The notes below the pieces were generated by a model that was given only the letters and a program-made list of their open reading frames with translations, made no database searches and was not told the DNA's origin. A program made the translations under genes and the position numbers. A stretch of DNA of 64,000 nt from an uncultured Gemmatimonadaceae bacterium (GTDB lineage: Bacteria > Gemmatimonadota > Gemmatimonadetes > Gemmatimonadales > Gemmatimonadaceae): contig CAVUDW010000002.1 of assembly GCA_963740355.1 (NCBI GenBank), forward strand, positions 2,144,001 to 2,208,000, read 5' to 3'. Below, piece after piece: positions 9,514 through 19,298 of the stretch (within the stretch, counting starts at the first letter, position 1; the number at the start of each line of letters is the position of its first letter).

Positions 9514-9923
9514 GCTCTTCAGCCAGCGCACCGAAGCCCACCGTGAAGGGCTTCAGCAAGAAGGACATCACGCACTTCGAAAAGCGCCTCATGGAGGAGC
9601 GCAAGCGTGTACTGAAAGAGCTCGGGCATCATGGCAATCGGTTTGGCGCCGAGGGAGATGGCGACCTCAGCGCATACTCGTTCCACATGGCTGATCAGGG
9701 CACCGATGCCATGGAGCGTGAGAAGGCGTTTCTGTTTGCGAGCCAGGAAGGTCGGTTCCTGTGGCATCTCGACCAGGCCCTGCGCCGCCTCTATCGGGCC
9801 CCGGAGAAGTTCGGGCTCTGTCATGAGTGCGGCAACCTGATCGCGTTCGAGCGGCTCGACGCCCTGCCGCACGCGCGGTACTGCATCAATTGCAAGCAAA
9901 AAGAGGAAGATGGAAAGAAGTAA
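9510..9923 (+). CDS. TraR/DksA family C4 zinc-finger protein
   Basis: Coiled coil with tip HMADQGTD, zinc finger CHEC...CINC, ERLDALPHARYC. ATGA overlap with ileS. Confidence 0.9.
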   Translation: MSSSASAPKPTVKGFSKKDITHFEKRLMEERKRVLKELGHHGNRFGAEGDGDLSAYSFHMADQGTDAMEREKAFLFASQEGRFLWHLDQALRRLYRAPEKFGLCHECGNLIAFERLDALPHARYCINCKQKEEDGKK

Positions 9924-10443
9924 CCAAAACGGCCGGCTTTTCTGGCCGGTCGCCGCTGGGTTTCTCGTCGCGGATTTTTTCACGAAGATGTGGGCGGTCG
10001 CCGCACTGGCGCCTGCCCATACGCGTCATGAAGTGTTCGGCGAGTGGCTGACGTTCACGCTCCTGTACAACCCGGGTGCGGCCTTTGGGCTGCACCTGGG
10101 CGAGTGGTCGCGCTGGATCTTCACGGCGCTCACCATCGGGGCGGTGTTCATCCTCACGCGCATGTATCAGGGTACGGCCGAAGGGGATCGCATCAAGCTG
10201 ACCTCCCTCGGCATGATCCTCGGCGGCGCCTGTGGCAACCTGATCGACCGCCTGCGGTCGGGGCAGGGTGTGGTGGACTTCATCGATGTCGGCATCGGCG
10301 AGATGCGGTGGCCGACCTTCAACGTGGCCGATATTGGCGTCAGCTGCGGTGCACTACTCCTGGCCTGGGTTCTCTGGCGTGAGGATCGGGCCGCCGCGCA
10401 TGCTGCGAGCACGACTGCAAGCGACACCACATCGGCGCGCTGA
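9910..10443 (+). CDS. lspA: Lipoprotein signal peptidase II
   Basis: YNPGAAFG, GGACGNLIDRL, VVDFID, WPTFNVAD. Confidence 0.97.
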   Translation: MERSNQNGRLFWPVAAGFLVADFFTKMWAVAALAPAHTRHEVFGEWLTFTLLYNPGAAFGLHLGEWSRWIFTALTIGAVFILTRMYQGTAEGDRIKLTSLGMILGGACGNLIDRLRSGQGVVDFIDVGIGEMRWPTFNVADIGVSCGALLLAWVLWREDRAAAHAASTTASDTTSAR

Positions 10444-10451
10444 GCGCCTCC

Positions 10452-11510
10452 ATGACAAGTTCCCGAGAAGTAGCACGATCGCTGACGCTCGATGCCGTTG
10501 GCGATGGGCAGCGCCTTGACCTGATCGTGGCCGCGGCCACCGATCTCTCCCGGACGCAGGCGGCGACGCTGATCGCGACCGGGATGGTGCAGGTTGACGG
10601 CAAGCTGCAGAAGGCGGGGTATCGCCCGACACCTTCCCAACAAATCAACGTCACCATCCCGGCACCACGCGGGATCGACATCGTCGGCGAATCCCTCCCG
10701 GTTGCCGTCGTCTTCGAGGACGAACACCTGCTCGTCGTCGACAAGGCCGCCGGAATGGTCGTCCATCCCGCGCCCGGCAACTGGACCGGCACCCTTGTCC
10801 ACGCGCTCGTCGGGCGAGGCGGTGAGCTCTCCTCCGAAGCCGGCGACGAACGCGCCGGAATCGTGCACCGACTCGACAAGGAAACCTCGGGCCTGCTGAT
10901 CGTGGCGAAGACCGATCGGGCCCACCGACTGCTCTCCGCCGCGCTGGCGGCACGCCGGATCAGTCGCCGCTATGCGGCGCTCGCGTGGGGCCACCTCCGT
11001 GAGGATCGGCAGACCGTCGAGGGCAACATCGGACGCGATCCGAACAATCGGCATCGCATGGCGCTGGTCACGACCGGCAAGCCGGCCCGCACCGACATCG
11101 ACCGCCTCGCGCGCTTCGACGGCGGCGACCTGCTGCGCTGCAAGCTGCACACGGGCCGCACCCACCAGATCCGTGTGCACCTGTCCTCGATCGGCCATCC
11201 CGTGATGGGAGACGATACCTACGGCGGTGGCGGTGGACGGCGTGTGACCGGGCTTCCAGCGGGGCGTCATGCTTTGCACGCTGCGGCGCTGCGGTTCCTG
11301 CACCCGATCACCGGGGAATGGCTGGCCCTGCGGTCGCCCCTTCCCGCCGATTTCGATGCGGCCGTGCGCGCCGTGGCCGGGGCGCACCAGCCCCCCGCCG
11401 ACGCCAACCTCCTCGAATTCTACGGTTTCTGGACCGACGAAGCGGATGATCAGCTCGCCACCGCCAACCAGCACGCAAACCAGCACGCCGACGAGCTCGC
11501 CGACGAGTGA
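10452..11510 (+). CDS. rluD: RluA/RluD family pseudouridine synthase with S4 domain
   Basis: N-terminal S4 domain, KAAGMVVHP, GIVHRLDKETSG, TGRTHQIRVH. Confidence 0.93.
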   Translation: MTSSREVARSLTLDAVGDGQRLDLIVAAATDLSRTQAATLIATGMVQVDGKLQKAGYRPTPSQQINVTIPAPRGIDIVGESLPVAVVFEDEHLLVVDKAAGMVVHPAPGNWTGTLVHALVGRGGELSSEAGDERAGIVHRLDKETSGLLIVAKTDRAHRLLSAALAARRISRRYAALAWGHLREDRQTVEGNIGRDPNNRHRMALVTTGKPARTDIDRLARFDGGDLLRCKLHTGRTHQIRVHLSSIGHPVMGDDTYGGGGGRRVTGLPAGRHALHAAALRFLHPITGEWLALRSPLPADFDAAVRAVAGAHQPPADANLLEFYGFWTDEADDQLATANQHANQHADELADE

Positions 11511-11940
11511 CGCGGCCCGGGCCGAGCCAACGCGCGGCCCGCGCGTCATGCTGCTCACCGCCGGTGGGCACACGGTGGCGATGGCGGCGACATCCGCGCG
11601 CGAAGTGCTGCCGCTGACGGCGGCGATTCGGTTGCCCGCTGCGCCTGAGTTCGTCTGCGGGGTAGTCAATGTGCGGGGCACCCTCGTCCCGCTCGTCGAT
11701 CTCGGTCGCCTCCTGCAGGCGGAGCCCGCCAACCCGGCTGGATGGGTGGTGACGCTCGACCTCGGAGGCCGACGGTGCGCCCTGGCGGTGGACTCGCTGC
11801 CGGTGCTGCGCGCCGCCGATGCGCCCCCCGGCGCACGCCCGACCAGTCATGCCTACCTGCAAGCCGAGGTGCGTGTGGCGGGAACCGCGCTGCCGCTGCT
11901 CGATGTGGATGCGCTGGCCGACGACATCCTGCTCCAGTAA
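11446..11940 (+). CDS. cheW: CheW coupling protein (divergent)
   Basis: LPAAPEFVCGVVNVRGTLVPLVDLGRLL, ALAVDSL, LLDVDAL. ATG 11446 overlaps rluD by 65 nt; the alternative ATG 11548 falls inside the first predicted beta strand. Confidence 0.85.
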   Translation: MISSPPPTSTQTSTPTSSPTSDAARAEPTRGPRVMLLTAGGHTVAMAATSAREVLPLTAAIRLPAAPEFVCGVVNVRGTLVPLVDLGRLLQAEPANPAGWVVTLDLGGRRCALAVDSLPVLRAADAPPGARPTSHAYLQAEVRVAGTALPLLDVDALADDILLQ

Positions 11941-11941
11941 G

Positions 11942-11961
11942 TCCACGCGACGACGCGTGGA
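11942..11961 (+). other. Intergenic stem-loop upstream of cheY
   Basis: TCCACGCG-ACGA-CGCGTGGA, a perfect 8-bp stem with no U tract. Confidence 0.5.
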
Positions 11962-11979
11962 GTCCCCAAGGATCACCAC

Positions 11980-12342
11980 ATGAGTCATCGCGTTCTGGTG
12001 TGTGACGACGCTCTCTTCATGCGTACGCTCGTCGGCGACATCCTGCAGCAGGCAGGCTTCTCCGTCTGTGGCCAGGCCGAAACCGGTGCACAGGCCGTCG
12101 CACAGTACAAGGCGCTCAAGCCTGACCTCGTGACCATGGACATCGTCATGCCCGACATGGGTGGCATCGACGCCGTCAAGGAGATCACGAGCTGGGACCC
12201 GAACGCGAAGGTCGTGATGTGCAGCGCGATGGGCCAGCAGGCGCTCGTCAACGAAGCGCTGCAGGCCGGTGCCTCCGATTTCGTCGTCAAGCCGTTCCAG
12301 CCGAACCGCGTCATCGAGGCAGTGCAGCGCGTGCTGGGCTGA
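11980..12342 (+). CDS. cheY: Stand-alone CheY response regulator (Bacillus/Thermotoga/DifD-like)
   Basis: VCDDALFMR, LVTMDIVMPDMGG (phospho-Asp), VMCSAMGQQ, FVVKPF. Confidence 0.95.
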   Translation: MSHRVLVCDDALFMRTLVGDILQQAGFSVCGQAETGAQAVAQYKALKPDLVTMDIVMPDMGGIDAVKEITSWDPNAKVVMCSAMGQQALVNEALQAGASDFVVKPFQPNRVIEAVQRVLG

Positions 12343-12381
12343 GTCGCCTGCGGCGACATCACCGCCTGAGGACCGCTCCCG

Positions 12382-14283
12382 ATGGAGCCGCATCGAATGC
12401 TCACGCTCTTCCTCGCGGAAGGGCGTGAGCTGTTGAATCGGATGGACGCCGAGCTGCTGGTGCTCGAGCGATCACCCGATGCGCGTGGTGCGCTCGATGC
12501 CGTGTTTCGTGCGGCGCATTCGCTCAAGGGCATGAGCGCCACCGTCGCGCTCAACGACACCGCTGCCGCGCTGCATGCCGGCGAGTCACTTCTCGCTGCA
12601 GCCCGTGACAGTGGCCAGCTCGATGCGGGGCAACTCCGCGCATTGCTAGCGCTGATCGACGGCACGCGACGAGCGCTCGACGATGCTGAGCAGGGCTCGA
12701 TGCAGTCACCGTCGATGCGAGAACTCGCGGCTGAACTGGAGGCGCTCGTGCCCCGAGTGCCGGCCACGGGTGCGCCGGATCGGCTCCGTGCCTCACGCGT
12801 CGTGCAGCGTGCGACAACCGCCGTTGGCGCACGCTGGAGGGTCGACGTCGTGATCGACGCCGATGCCGCCATTCCGCAGGCGCGCGCCACCATCGTGCTG
12901 CGCAAGCTCTCGGCGCTGGCCTCGGTCGTCGCGGTGGTACCGGATGCCGACACACGCGCAGCCGACGATTGGGATCGGGCGTTCACCGTCTGGCTTGGCG
13001 ATGCGACCGCGGGATCGCCGGCGCCCCTCGATGCGGCAGCACTCGAAAACGCGACCCGCAGCGCGGGGGACATCGCCGAGTGCCACGTGGCGCGCGAGGT
13101 TGCAGCGGCGGCGGACGTCGGTGAGGCGACTGCCGCGCGCACGGTACGCATTCCGGCACAGCGCCTCGACGACCTGCTGGACCTGGTTGGAGAACTCGTG
13201 CTCGCGCGTGATCGACTGCTCCGAACCGTGGCACCGACCGCCGACGACGCCGGACAGCGCGCGCTGGACGACACCTCGCGCCTGATCATGCAGCTGCGCG
13301 ATGCCATCCTCACCAGTCGCATGGTGCCGTTGGCGCAGGTCTTCGATCGATTCCCGCGGCATGTTCGCGACACTGCGCATGCACTCGGCAAGGAGATCGA
13401 CCTCGTGCTCGAGGGTCGCGAGCTGGAAGTTGATCGATCACTGCTCGATGAACTGAGCGATCCGATCCTCCATCTGCTGCGTAATGCAGTCGATCATGGA
13501 CTCGAATCCCCAGATGACCGCCGGCTGGCGGGCAAGAGCGCGCGCGGCCGACTGGTCGTGCGTGCCGTGCGCGATGGATCGATGGTCGCGGTGACCGTGG
13601 CGGACGATGGCCGCGGTGTGGATCGCGATCGTGTCGCGGCGTCGGCTGCGGCGCAGGGCGTCGCCGGCGCAGCGGCACTGGCGCAGGATGACGGGGGCCT
13701 GCTGCAACTGCTGGCGCGTCCTGGCCTCAGCACCGCAGCCACCGTCACCGCGCTCTCGGGCCGCGGTGTGGGTGTGGACGCGGTGCTCAGTCGCGTGCAG
13801 GCGCTCGGTGGCCGCCTGGAACTCGCGACTGCGGCGGGTGAGGGCACCGCGATCACCATCCGACTTCCGCTGAGCGTCGCGATGCTGCGGGCACTGCTGG
13901 TGCGTGTTGCCGACGAGACGTACGCCATCCCGCTCACGATGGTGCAGGCGACGCACCTCGGCGACACGCTCCACGCGACAGATCGGCATGACCCGCGCGC
14001 GCCGCTTCCAGAGGATGTGGAGATCGCTGGAACGCGACTGCGCTTGGTGAGCTTGCGCTCACATCTTGGCCTGCCCCCGCGGGATGACGTTTCGGGTCAT
14101 CTGGTCGTCCTTGATGGTGCCACAGGTCGTGTGGCCTTGCTCGTGGACACCTGTGTGTCCCAGCAGGAGATCGTCGTCAAGCCGCTGCAACGCGTCCGCG
14201 GCTCGGCCTCGATGTTCAGCGGGGGCACGATCCTTCCCGACGGAACACCGTCGCTCATTCTGGACATCAACACGCTGCCCTGA
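12382..14283 (+). CDS. cheA: Chemosensory histidine kinase CheA (P1-P2-P3-P4-P5)
   Basis: Hpt FRAAHSLKGMS, a P2-like segment, RLDDLLDLVGELV, N-box HLLRNAVDHG, DDGRG, SGRGVG, and P5 ending GGTILPDGTPSLILD. Confidence 0.96.
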   Translation: MEPHRMLTLFLAEGRELLNRMDAELLVLERSPDARGALDAVFRAAHSLKGMSATVALNDTAAALHAGESLLAAARDSGQLDAGQLRALLALIDGTRRALDDAEQGSMQSPSMRELAAELEALVPRVPATGAPDRLRASRVVQRATTAVGARWRVDVVIDADAAIPQARATIVLRKLSALASVVAVVPDADTRAADDWDRAFTVWLGDATAGSPAPLDAAALENATRSAGDIAECHVAREVAAAADVGEATAARTVRIPAQRLDDLLDLVGELVLARDRLLRTVAPTADDAGQRALDDTSRLIMQLRDAILTSRMVPLAQVFDRFPRHVRDTAHALGKEIDLVLEGRELEVDRSLLDELSDPILHLLRNAVDHGLESPDDRRLAGKSARGRLVVRAVRDGSMVAVTVADDGRGVDRDRVAASAAAQGVAGAAALAQDDGGLLQLLARPGLSTAATVTALSGRGVGVDAVLSRVQALGGRLELATAAGEGTAITIRLPLSVAMLRALLVRVADETYAIPLTMVQATHLGDTLHATDRHDPRAPLPEDVEIAGTRLRLVSLRSHLGLPPRDDVSGHLVVLDGATGRVALLVDTCVSQQEIVVKPLQRVRGSASMFSGGTILPDGTPSLILDINTLP

Positions 14284-14915
14284 TGCTGGCTATCCGCGAT
14301 GTGCGTAGTCTGAACGCCGAGCAGCTCGACGCGTTGCGTGAAGTGGCCAACATCGGCGCCGGTCACGCTGCCACTGCGCTCTCGACCATGACCGGGCAAT
14401 CGATCATGATCAAGGTGCCCACGGTCACCATCGCGCGACTGGATGAGGTGCCCGGGCACGTGGTGGCGAATCCTGAGGATGCCGTCGCCGTGGTGCTGCT
14501 GCAGATGCTGGGCGACCTCACCGGTCGCGCCTTGCTCGTCTTTCCCGAGTACACGGCCTGTCGCCTCGCGGAAATGATGTTGCAGCGGCCGCGTGGTTCA
14601 TCGCCGACGATCGCGCTCCTCGAGCAGAGTGCGCTGAAGGAGTGCGGCAACATTCTCAGCGGCGCCTACCTCAATGCGCTCGCAGATTTCATGCACCTGA
14701 TGCTGCTGCCGTCACCGCCGACGCTGGCCGTCGACATGGCCAGCGCCGTGCTCAGCTCCGCTTTCCTGCAGTTCGGCGATGGTCGTGACGTCGTGTTCTG
14801 CGTCGAGAGCGAATTCCAGATGCGCGACGATGGCGAGTCGCTGCGCGGCTACTTCCTGCTCCTGCCCGACATCGGATCGCTGCAGAAGATCCTGCACGCG
14901 GTCAACCGCGCCTGA
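14283..14915 (+). CDS. cheC: CheC family CheY-P phosphatase
   Basis: Two E-x2-N active sites: DALREVANIGAGHAATALS and SALKECGNIL. Confidence 0.93.
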   Translation: MLAIRDVRSLNAEQLDALREVANIGAGHAATALSTMTGQSIMIKVPTVTIARLDEVPGHVVANPEDAVAVVLLQMLGDLTGRALLVFPEYTACRLAEMMLQRPRGSSPTIALLEQSALKECGNILSGAYLNALADFMHLMLLPSPPTLAVDMASAVLSSAFLQFGDGRDVVFCVESEFQMRDDGESLRGYFLLLPDIGSLQKILHAVNRA

Positions 14916-14937
14916 TTTTCGCAGTCCAGAGATTCCT

Positions 14938-17415
14938 ATGTCGGTGACCCCGCAGTCGGTGCCAGTGTTGTCGATCCGTGAGACGGATCGGCTGCGCGCG
15001 ATCGCGCGCCGGGTGCCTGCGGGCAACGCCGGCGCGCAGAACAACTGCGGTGTCATGCTCGCCCGTCGCAGCCTGGCGCATGAAGCCGCGGCCTGCTTCG
15101 AGCGCGCACTCGATGTCGATGCGCGCATGACGCTGGCGGCGCAGAACCTGCAGCAGCTGGCCGCGCGCACCACCGTCGATGCCGAACGCGTCAAGCTGCT
15201 CACGGACACGCTTCGGCAGCAGCCGCACGATGTCGGCACGGCGTTGGCGCTTGGCAAGTGGCACGCGCGCCTCGGTCGACCGGCCGATGCCGCCACCGTC
15301 CTTGGGGAGCTGCTCGACCGGTCACCGGATGACCTGACCGCGCTGCGCGAGATCGCCCTCGTCGAACAGGCGCTGGGCTACCCCGACCGTGCATCGGCGT
15401 GGCTCGACCGCGCGCTTGCGCTCGCGCCGAACGACGTCTCGCTGCACGCACTCTCCGGCGAAATTCTCTATCGCCGCGGCAAGACCGAGGCCGCCAAGCG
15501 CGCGCTCGAGCGTGCACTCGAGATCGACGAGTCGGCCGCCTGGCCGCAGCACCTGCTGGCGTTCGTGCTCGGTGACATGGGGCAGCTGGAGGAGGCGCAG
15601 GCCGCAGCGCAGCGTGCGTTGCAGCTCGATCCCAACCTCGCGCGCGTCGACATGAACCTGACGCTCGACGCGCGGCCGCTGAAGCCAGTGCCGCGCGCCG
15701 CCGGCGACAGCGATGGCCGCGCTCACCTCACCCTCGGCGTGGCCTACCGCAACACCGGCTACTTCGATCAGGCCCTCGCCGAGTTCGAGACGGCACTCAA
15801 TCGCGGTGAACCGGCCTCGCAGGTGTGGACGGCGGTGGCAGAGACGCGGTTGATGCGCGACGAGTGGGCACTGGCCGCCGCGGCATATGCCGACGCGGCC
15901 CGCGCCACGCCAGGCGCCAGCGCACCGCTCGTGGCGCGCGCGGCGGTGTTGGTGCGGAATGGCGATCTCGCGGATGCGCGCCAGGCAATCGAGCAGGCGC
16001 TCGGCTGTGACGGCGACACCGGCAGCGCACAACTGGTGCTCGGCGTGCTCGAGGCGCTCGAACAGCATCCCGTCGAGGCCCTCACGGCATTCCAGCGTGT
16101 GCGCGGGACGTCACGCGTGGAACTCGCTGCACGACTGAACGCGGCCTGGGTGATGCGACAGCTCGGCAGGCATGCGGAGTGCCTCGAAGGATTCCGTCGC
16201 GTTACGGAGGCCGATCCCCAAAATGCGCGCGCGTGGATCGGTGTCGGTGTTGCATTCAGCGAGCTGCGTCGCCTGCACGAAGCCTGCAGTGCCTTCGAGC
16301 GAGCCGTGACGCTGGCGCCGGAAAGTGCTGATGCGGCGTACCACCTCGCCTTCACGCTCTCGCAGCTCGGTCGGTATCAGGATGGTGTGCGTGCGATGAA
16401 GCGTGCCATGAGCTTCGAGGATGAGTTCGCGCCATTCCGGTTCCTGCTCGTACTCGAACCGGAACTGCCGGATTTTGTGCTCGAAGTCGTCGCCAACGAC
16501 GCCGTCACCGGTGACGCCATGGCGCTCATGATGCTCAGTGGAGCGCCGCGTCCGAACGTGACATCCGAGCAGAGCGTCGTGCTCGCGGAGCAGACGCCCG
16601 CACACCCGATGCGTGCCGCACTCGCGCCGATCGCTGACGCGGACAAGAAACGCACGCCACTGGGTGCGTGGGTCGCGCTCCGTCGCGGAGGCACGCCGGT
16701 GTCGCAGACCGGTGTCAATCATCGCGTCACTCGCCGCACGCCGGCGATCCCCTTCGTTCGTGTCACCGGATCCAGCTTGCCGCCGGTGAGTGCACCACGT
16801 GACACCGCGCCGATGCGCGCCGTTGGGCCGTCACCGATCGCACCTGCCATCGTGCGGAGTGCGGAAAGTGCGCTCCGAACCGCGCTGGCCGGCGATCCCG
16901 ATCTGGCACAGGTCCGCGTCGGCCTCGCGGCGTTGCTGCGTGAGGATGGTCGTGTGCAGGACGCGGAGCAGGAGTTGATCCGCGCTTTGGAGAGTGTGCC
17001 GACGTTCCATGATGCCGCACGTGCACTCGCCGAACTGCGCGTCGACATGGGCCGGCCGAGCGACGCCATGCAGGCCTTGGTGCGTCCGCTCCGCGCCAAC
17101 CCGCGTGATGCCGACCTGCTGGTGGCACTGGCGGAAGCGTTGCTCGCGCTTGGCCGCGAAGAGCAGGCGATGTCCGCCATCTCGCGCGGCGCCGCGGTGT
17201 CGCCGGATCACGCCGGTGTACGCACCTTGCAGGGCTATCTCGCGCTGCGTGCGGGACGTGAAGCCGAGGCGATGCAGCACTGGCGCGTGGCTGCAGTCTG
17301 CGCCACTGATGATCGCTGGGGCACACGGGCGCGACTCGCGCTGGCGGAACATGACGACATCGATGTGCCGCAGACGCCGGTCACGCTGGATTCCGTGCGA
17401 CTGGTGAAGGGCTGA
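14938..17415 (+). CDS. Large cytoplasmic TPR protein with internal Pro/Thr-rich linker
   Basis: Many TPR units (e.g. AHLTLGVAYRNTGYFDQALAEFETALNRG). No signal peptide seen. Confidence 0.85.
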   Translation: MSVTPQSVPVLSIRETDRLRAIARRVPAGNAGAQNNCGVMLARRSLAHEAAACFERALDVDARMTLAAQNLQQLAARTTVDAERVKLLTDTLRQQPHDVGTALALGKWHARLGRPADAATVLGELLDRSPDDLTALREIALVEQALGYPDRASAWLDRALALAPNDVSLHALSGEILYRRGKTEAAKRALERALEIDESAAWPQHLLAFVLGDMGQLEEAQAAAQRALQLDPNLARVDMNLTLDARPLKPVPRAAGDSDGRAHLTLGVAYRNTGYFDQALAEFETALNRGEPASQVWTAVAETRLMRDEWALAAAAYADAARATPGASAPLVARAAVLVRNGDLADARQAIEQALGCDGDTGSAQLVLGVLEALEQHPVEALTAFQRVRGTSRVELAARLNAAWVMRQLGRHAECLEGFRRVTEADPQNARAWIGVGVAFSELRRLHEACSAFERAVTLAPESADAAYHLAFTLSQLGRYQDGVRAMKRAMSFEDEFAPFRFLLVLEPELPDFVLEVVANDAVTGDAMALMMLSGAPRPNVTSEQSVVLAEQTPAHPMRAALAPIADADKKRTPLGAWVALRRGGTPVSQTGVNHRVTRRTPAIPFVRVTGSSLPPVSAPRDTAPMRAVGPSPIAPAIVRSAESALRTALAGDPDLAQVRVGLAALLREDGRVQDAEQELIRALESVPTFHDAARALAELRVDMGRPSDAMQALVRPLRANPRDADLLVALAEALLALGREEQAMSAISRGAAVSPDHAGVRTLQGYLALRAGREAEAMQHWRVAAVCATDDRWGTRARLALAEHDDIDVPQTPVTLDSVRLVKG

Positions 17416-18557
17416 TGGCACTCGAGGGCGCACTCCGCGATCTGGGCCTCGCTGAAGTGATTCAGCTGCTGGCTGGCGGACGACGCACGGGCGCACTGCG
17501 CGTCTCCGGCGGTGCTGGCGCGCGCGGCGCCATCCTGCGCTTCGTCGATGGCGCGATCGCGGCAGCGCGGTGGGATGATGAGCCCGAACCGTTGCTCAGC
17601 GCCTTGTCGCAGTCAGGCCAGATCGACGCCGATGATCGCAGTGCGGCGGCGCGGTGGGCCAGCGAGCAGTCGCCGCCACGATCCTTGGTCGATGGGCTGG
17701 TCGAAACCGGGTGCATCACCACGCGCACACGCGACACGGTTGCACGACGGCTCATCGATGATCTCTGCTTCGAGCTCACCACGTTCGCCGAAGGCACCTT
17801 CTCGTTCAACGACGGCGAGAAGGCGAGTGCATTGGAACCCACCACCAATCTCAACCTCTCCGGCGAAGAACTCTTCCTCGATGCCGCTCGCCGGCGCGAT
17901 GAATGGCCGGCGATCGAATCGCGAATCGGGTCGCTCGGCGCCGTGCCGGTGGTCTGTGATTGTGATGCCGACGGTGAGCTGGCGGTGCCGGCCGACGGGT
18001 GGCGCGTGCTGTCGTGTGTGGATGGCTGTCGCACCGTGCGCCAGGTGGCCTCTGCCGCCGGCATGCGGGTGTTCGAGACCGCGCGCTGGATATCGCGCTG
18101 GACTGCACTCGGCGCACTCACCACCGACGCGCGCGCCACCACGGCCGAGGATGGCGATGCGATGGCTGGCGTGGCGCAACTCACCGCGCAGGCGCGCCGT
18201 GCCTTGGCGGAGTCGCGGTTCGAGGTGGCCCTCGCTGCGGCCCGAACCGCGATTGGTCATGCGCCGCGCAGCGCCGCCGCCCACGTCCTCGCGGGTCGCG
18301 CACTGCTCGGCCTCGGGCGCACCGAGGACTGGGCCGAGGAGGTCCGCGTCGCGGTGCAGCTGGACCCGCTCCTTCCCGAGGCGCAGGAGCAGTATGGGTA
18401 CGTGGCGGCACGGAAGGGCGAATACGCTGCCGCACTGAACGCGTGGGAGCACTATCTTGAGGCAGCACCGACTGCGCCGGACGCGGCCAGGGTGCGAATC
18501 GCTCGCGATGCTGCGGCGCAACTCCAGGAACTGATCTCCGCACATGCCGGCAGCTGA
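17415..18557 (+). CDS. DUF4388 (PatA-N/PATAN-like) domain plus C-terminal TPR
   Basis: MALEGALRDLGLAEVIQLLAGGRRTGALRV...EGTFSF...LFLDAARRRDEW, a winged-helix-like segment (VDGCRTVRQV), then TPRs. Confidence 0.85.
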   Translation: MALEGALRDLGLAEVIQLLAGGRRTGALRVSGGAGARGAILRFVDGAIAAARWDDEPEPLLSALSQSGQIDADDRSAAARWASEQSPPRSLVDGLVETGCITTRTRDTVARRLIDDLCFELTTFAEGTFSFNDGEKASALEPTTNLNLSGEELFLDAARRRDEWPAIESRIGSLGAVPVVCDCDADGELAVPADGWRVLSCVDGCRTVRQVASAAGMRVFETARWISRWTALGALTTDARATTAEDGDAMAGVAQLTAQARRALAESRFEVALAAARTAIGHAPRSAAAHVLAGRALLGLGRTEDWAEEVRVAVQLDPLLPEAQEQYGYVAARKGEYAAALNAWEHYLEAAPTAPDAARVRIARDAAAQLQELISAHAGS

Positions 18558-19287
18558 CGACATTCGCCGTTGGAGCAACGAACTCGCCACCGACCCGCAA
18601 AGCCTTGCCTTTGCGGACCTCGCCGAGGCGTTGCGCCAGCAGGGAGACCTCGAAACCGCCGAGCGATTGGCGATCCGGGGACTCGAGCGGCACCCCACCC
18701 ACGGTCCGGCGCTCAACGTGCTCGCGCGCATCGCCGAGGCGCGTGGTGATCTGAACGCGGCCGCGGCGTATTGGGAGCGCTCGCGTCAGCACAATCCGAC
18801 GCCTACCTCCGGCGCCGCCAATGGCAGCGCGCCGTCACCACGCACGAACGGGTTCGGTGAGGCCGCCGCCACCGGAGCCAGCCGCGTGACCGGTGCCGCC
18901 TATCCAACGGCCAGTTACGCGGCCGTGCCGAGTTTTTCTGCGACGCTCGCCACCCCTGTCAGCCGACCGGAAGTGGTGCGCTCGCTCGTTGCCGACGCCG
19001 ATGGCCTGCTGCTCGCCAGCCCACAGCCGAGCGATGACATGGCCGTGCTCGAGGCGATGGCGGCCGCAGTCGCCGGCGTGGGGGACGACGCCGCCAGAGC
19101 GATGAAGCACCTCAACCTCGGAACCTGGCACGCGCTGGTGCTGGAAACGGCGGGTGACTCACTCGCCCTCGCTCCGGCACCGGCAGGATCGCTGACGGTC
19201 CTCAGCGTGGCGCCGCATGTGCCGATCGGGCGCGTGCGCGCATTGCTTCGCGTGGCAACGGCGAGAGCCGCTGCCGACGGCTTCTGA
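18544..19287 (+). CDS. TPR plus Roadblock/LC7 (MglB-like) fusion protein
   Basis: N-terminal TPR pair (DPQSLAFADLAEALRQQG), a low-complexity linker, then a roadblock pattern (LVADADGLLLA...LNLGTWHALVLE...VPIGRVR). Confidence 0.75.
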   Translation: MPAADDIRRWSNELATDPQSLAFADLAEALRQQGDLETAERLAIRGLERHPTHGPALNVLARIAEARGDLNAAAAYWERSRQHNPTPTSGAANGSAPSPRTNGFGEAAATGASRVTGAAYPTASYAAVPSFSATLATPVSRPEVVRSLVADADGLLLASPQPSDDMAVLEAMAAAVAGVGDDAARAMKHLNLGTWHALVLETAGDSLALAPAPAGSLTVLSVAPHVPIGRVRALLRVATARAAADGF

Positions 19288-19298
19288 GAGACCACGCC

